DNA of 64,000 bases, taken from Thermodesulfovibrionales bacterium (lineage in GTDB: Bacteria > Nitrospirota > Thermodesulfovibrionia > Thermodesulfovibrionales > UBA6898). The stretch is from positions 21,085-85,084 of the forward strand of contig JBARHQ010000020.1 in assembly GCA_049799315.1 (NCBI GenBank). Reading direction: 5' to 3'. The notes beneath the pieces were generated by a model, which saw only the letters and a list, made by a program, of their open reading frames with translations, ran no database searches and was not told the DNA's origin. How positions within the stretch are numbered: position 1 is the stretch's first letter; each line of letters starts with the position of its first letter. Position numbers and translations under genes: made by a program. Positions 63,281 through 64,000 of the stretch are shown here, in pieces.

Positions 63281-64000
63281 ATGGGAATTCTTGACTGCAT
63301 AGGGAACACGCCTCTCGTCCGGCTGGATGCGGTGAACCCGTATCCCCAGGTAGCCGTATTCGCGAAGCTCGAGGGCAACAACCCCGGCGGGTCTGTCAAG
63401 GACCGCATCGCCTATTACATGATCAAGGATGCTGAAGAGGCAGGGCTTATCAGCCCGGGGGACACAATCCTTGAGGCGACCTCGGGCAATACCGGGATCG
63501 GGCTGGCGATGGTCGGAGCCGCCAAGGGGTATCGGGTGAAACTCGTTATGCCCGAATGCGTCAGCATGGAACGAAGAAAGGTCCTGGAGGCGTTTGGCGC
63601 CGAGCTCGTCCTGAGTCCCGGCAACGAAGGCACTGACGGCGCTATCAGACTTGCCCACAAGATCATGAGGGAGTCTCCTGACCGGTATTACATGCCAAAC
63701 CAGTTCGACAACCCGTCGAATATAAAGGCGCACTATGAGACGACCGGCAAAGAGATCATCGAACAGACAAAAGGATCGATAGACTGTTTTGTTGCGGGAA
63801 TTGGGACGACCGGGACAATTATGGGTGCGGGAAGACGGCTCAAGGAATTCAATCCTGAGATCAGGGTCATCGGGATCGAGCCGCTTCTTGGGCACAAGGT
63901 CCAGGGTCTCAAGAATATGAGCGAATCTATAGTGCCGAAGATCTATCGGCCTGAGGCACTCGATGAGAAGATCAATGTGCAGGACGATGACGCCTTTGAT
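63281..64000 (+). CDS. cysK: cysteine synthase (O-acetylserine sulfhydrylase, CysK/CysM family); 3' end outside the window
   Basis: Not in the ORF track (no stop in the window). Own translation: [16 protein letters not shown]...[15 protein letters not shown]...[13 protein letters not shown]... (PLP-Lys SVKDR, SGNTG loop). The frame is open to position 64000. Confidence 0.9.
   Translation, partial: MGILDCIGNTPLVRLDAVNPYPQVAVFAKLEGNNPGGSVKDRIAYYMIKDAEEAGLISPGDTILEATSGNTGIGLAMVGAAKGYRVKLVMPECVSMERRKVLEAFGAELVLSPGNEGTDGAIRLAHKIMRESPDRYYMPNQFDNPSNIKAHYETTGKEIIEQTKGSIDCFVAGIGTTGTIMGAGRRLKEFNPEIRVIGIEPLLGHKVQGLKNMSESIVPKIYRPEALDEKINVQDDDAFD

Overview
Densely coding 64-kb bacterial chromosomal window; the taxon cannot be assigned from the sequence alone. 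No rRNA, tRNA or CRISPR array was recognised.

Layout:
- 1-8.2 kb: a PEP-synthase-like gene running off the left edge. Next is a minus-strand operon of three small ORFs sharing an N-terminal 'FAEAG' module, a two-domain TauE/SafE transporter and a membrane protein. This operon is divergent from a sensor kinase / sigma54-dependent response regulator pair.
- 8.3-31.6 kb: one uninterrupted plus-strand array of 19 tightly coupled genes. They are succinate-semialdehyde-type aldehyde dehydrogenase, an acetolactate-synthase/2-oxoglutarate-decarboxylase-type ThDP enzyme, aconitase, citrate synthase, a Rieske protein, cytochrome b fused to a mono-haem c domain, and nuoA-B-CD-E-F-G-H-I-J-K-L-M-N.
- 31.7-46.3 kb: a GntR-TauE-membrane-USP operon, a sigma54-type promoter with amt, glnD, and tamB-bamA plus a SurA-N-like gene.
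- 46.3-62.5 kb: a visibly more AT-rich accessory-looking segment. It holds a cation/proton antiporter, a PstS-like protein, a ClC channel, a vapBC-type TA pair, pal, a REC protein, a tri-haem c7-like cytochrome and a membrane-anchored hydrolase. It also holds an extracytoplasmic methionine-centred cluster: an amber-interrupted FixH-like gene, a secreted protein that is about one third methionine, a YHS protein, exported MsrB and MsrA, and a His/Met-rich secreted protein. It ends with an intact IS4-family element with 9-bp target duplications and an OsmC-like gene.
- 62.9-64 kb: ytxH and a cysteine synthase gene running off the right edge.

Most notable observations:
- the Met-rich protein / exported Msr module;
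- an OsmC-like gene with an in-frame TGA at the catalytic Cys position;
- an IS whose transposase gene is completely overlapped by a 426-codon stop-free alternative frame;
- a palindromic repeat element read through in frame at the 3' end of nuoM;
- the 2-oxoglutarate decarboxylase/SSADH-type gene pair heading a TCA-bc-complex I mega-operon;
- a triplicated short peptide module upstream of a TauE transporter.
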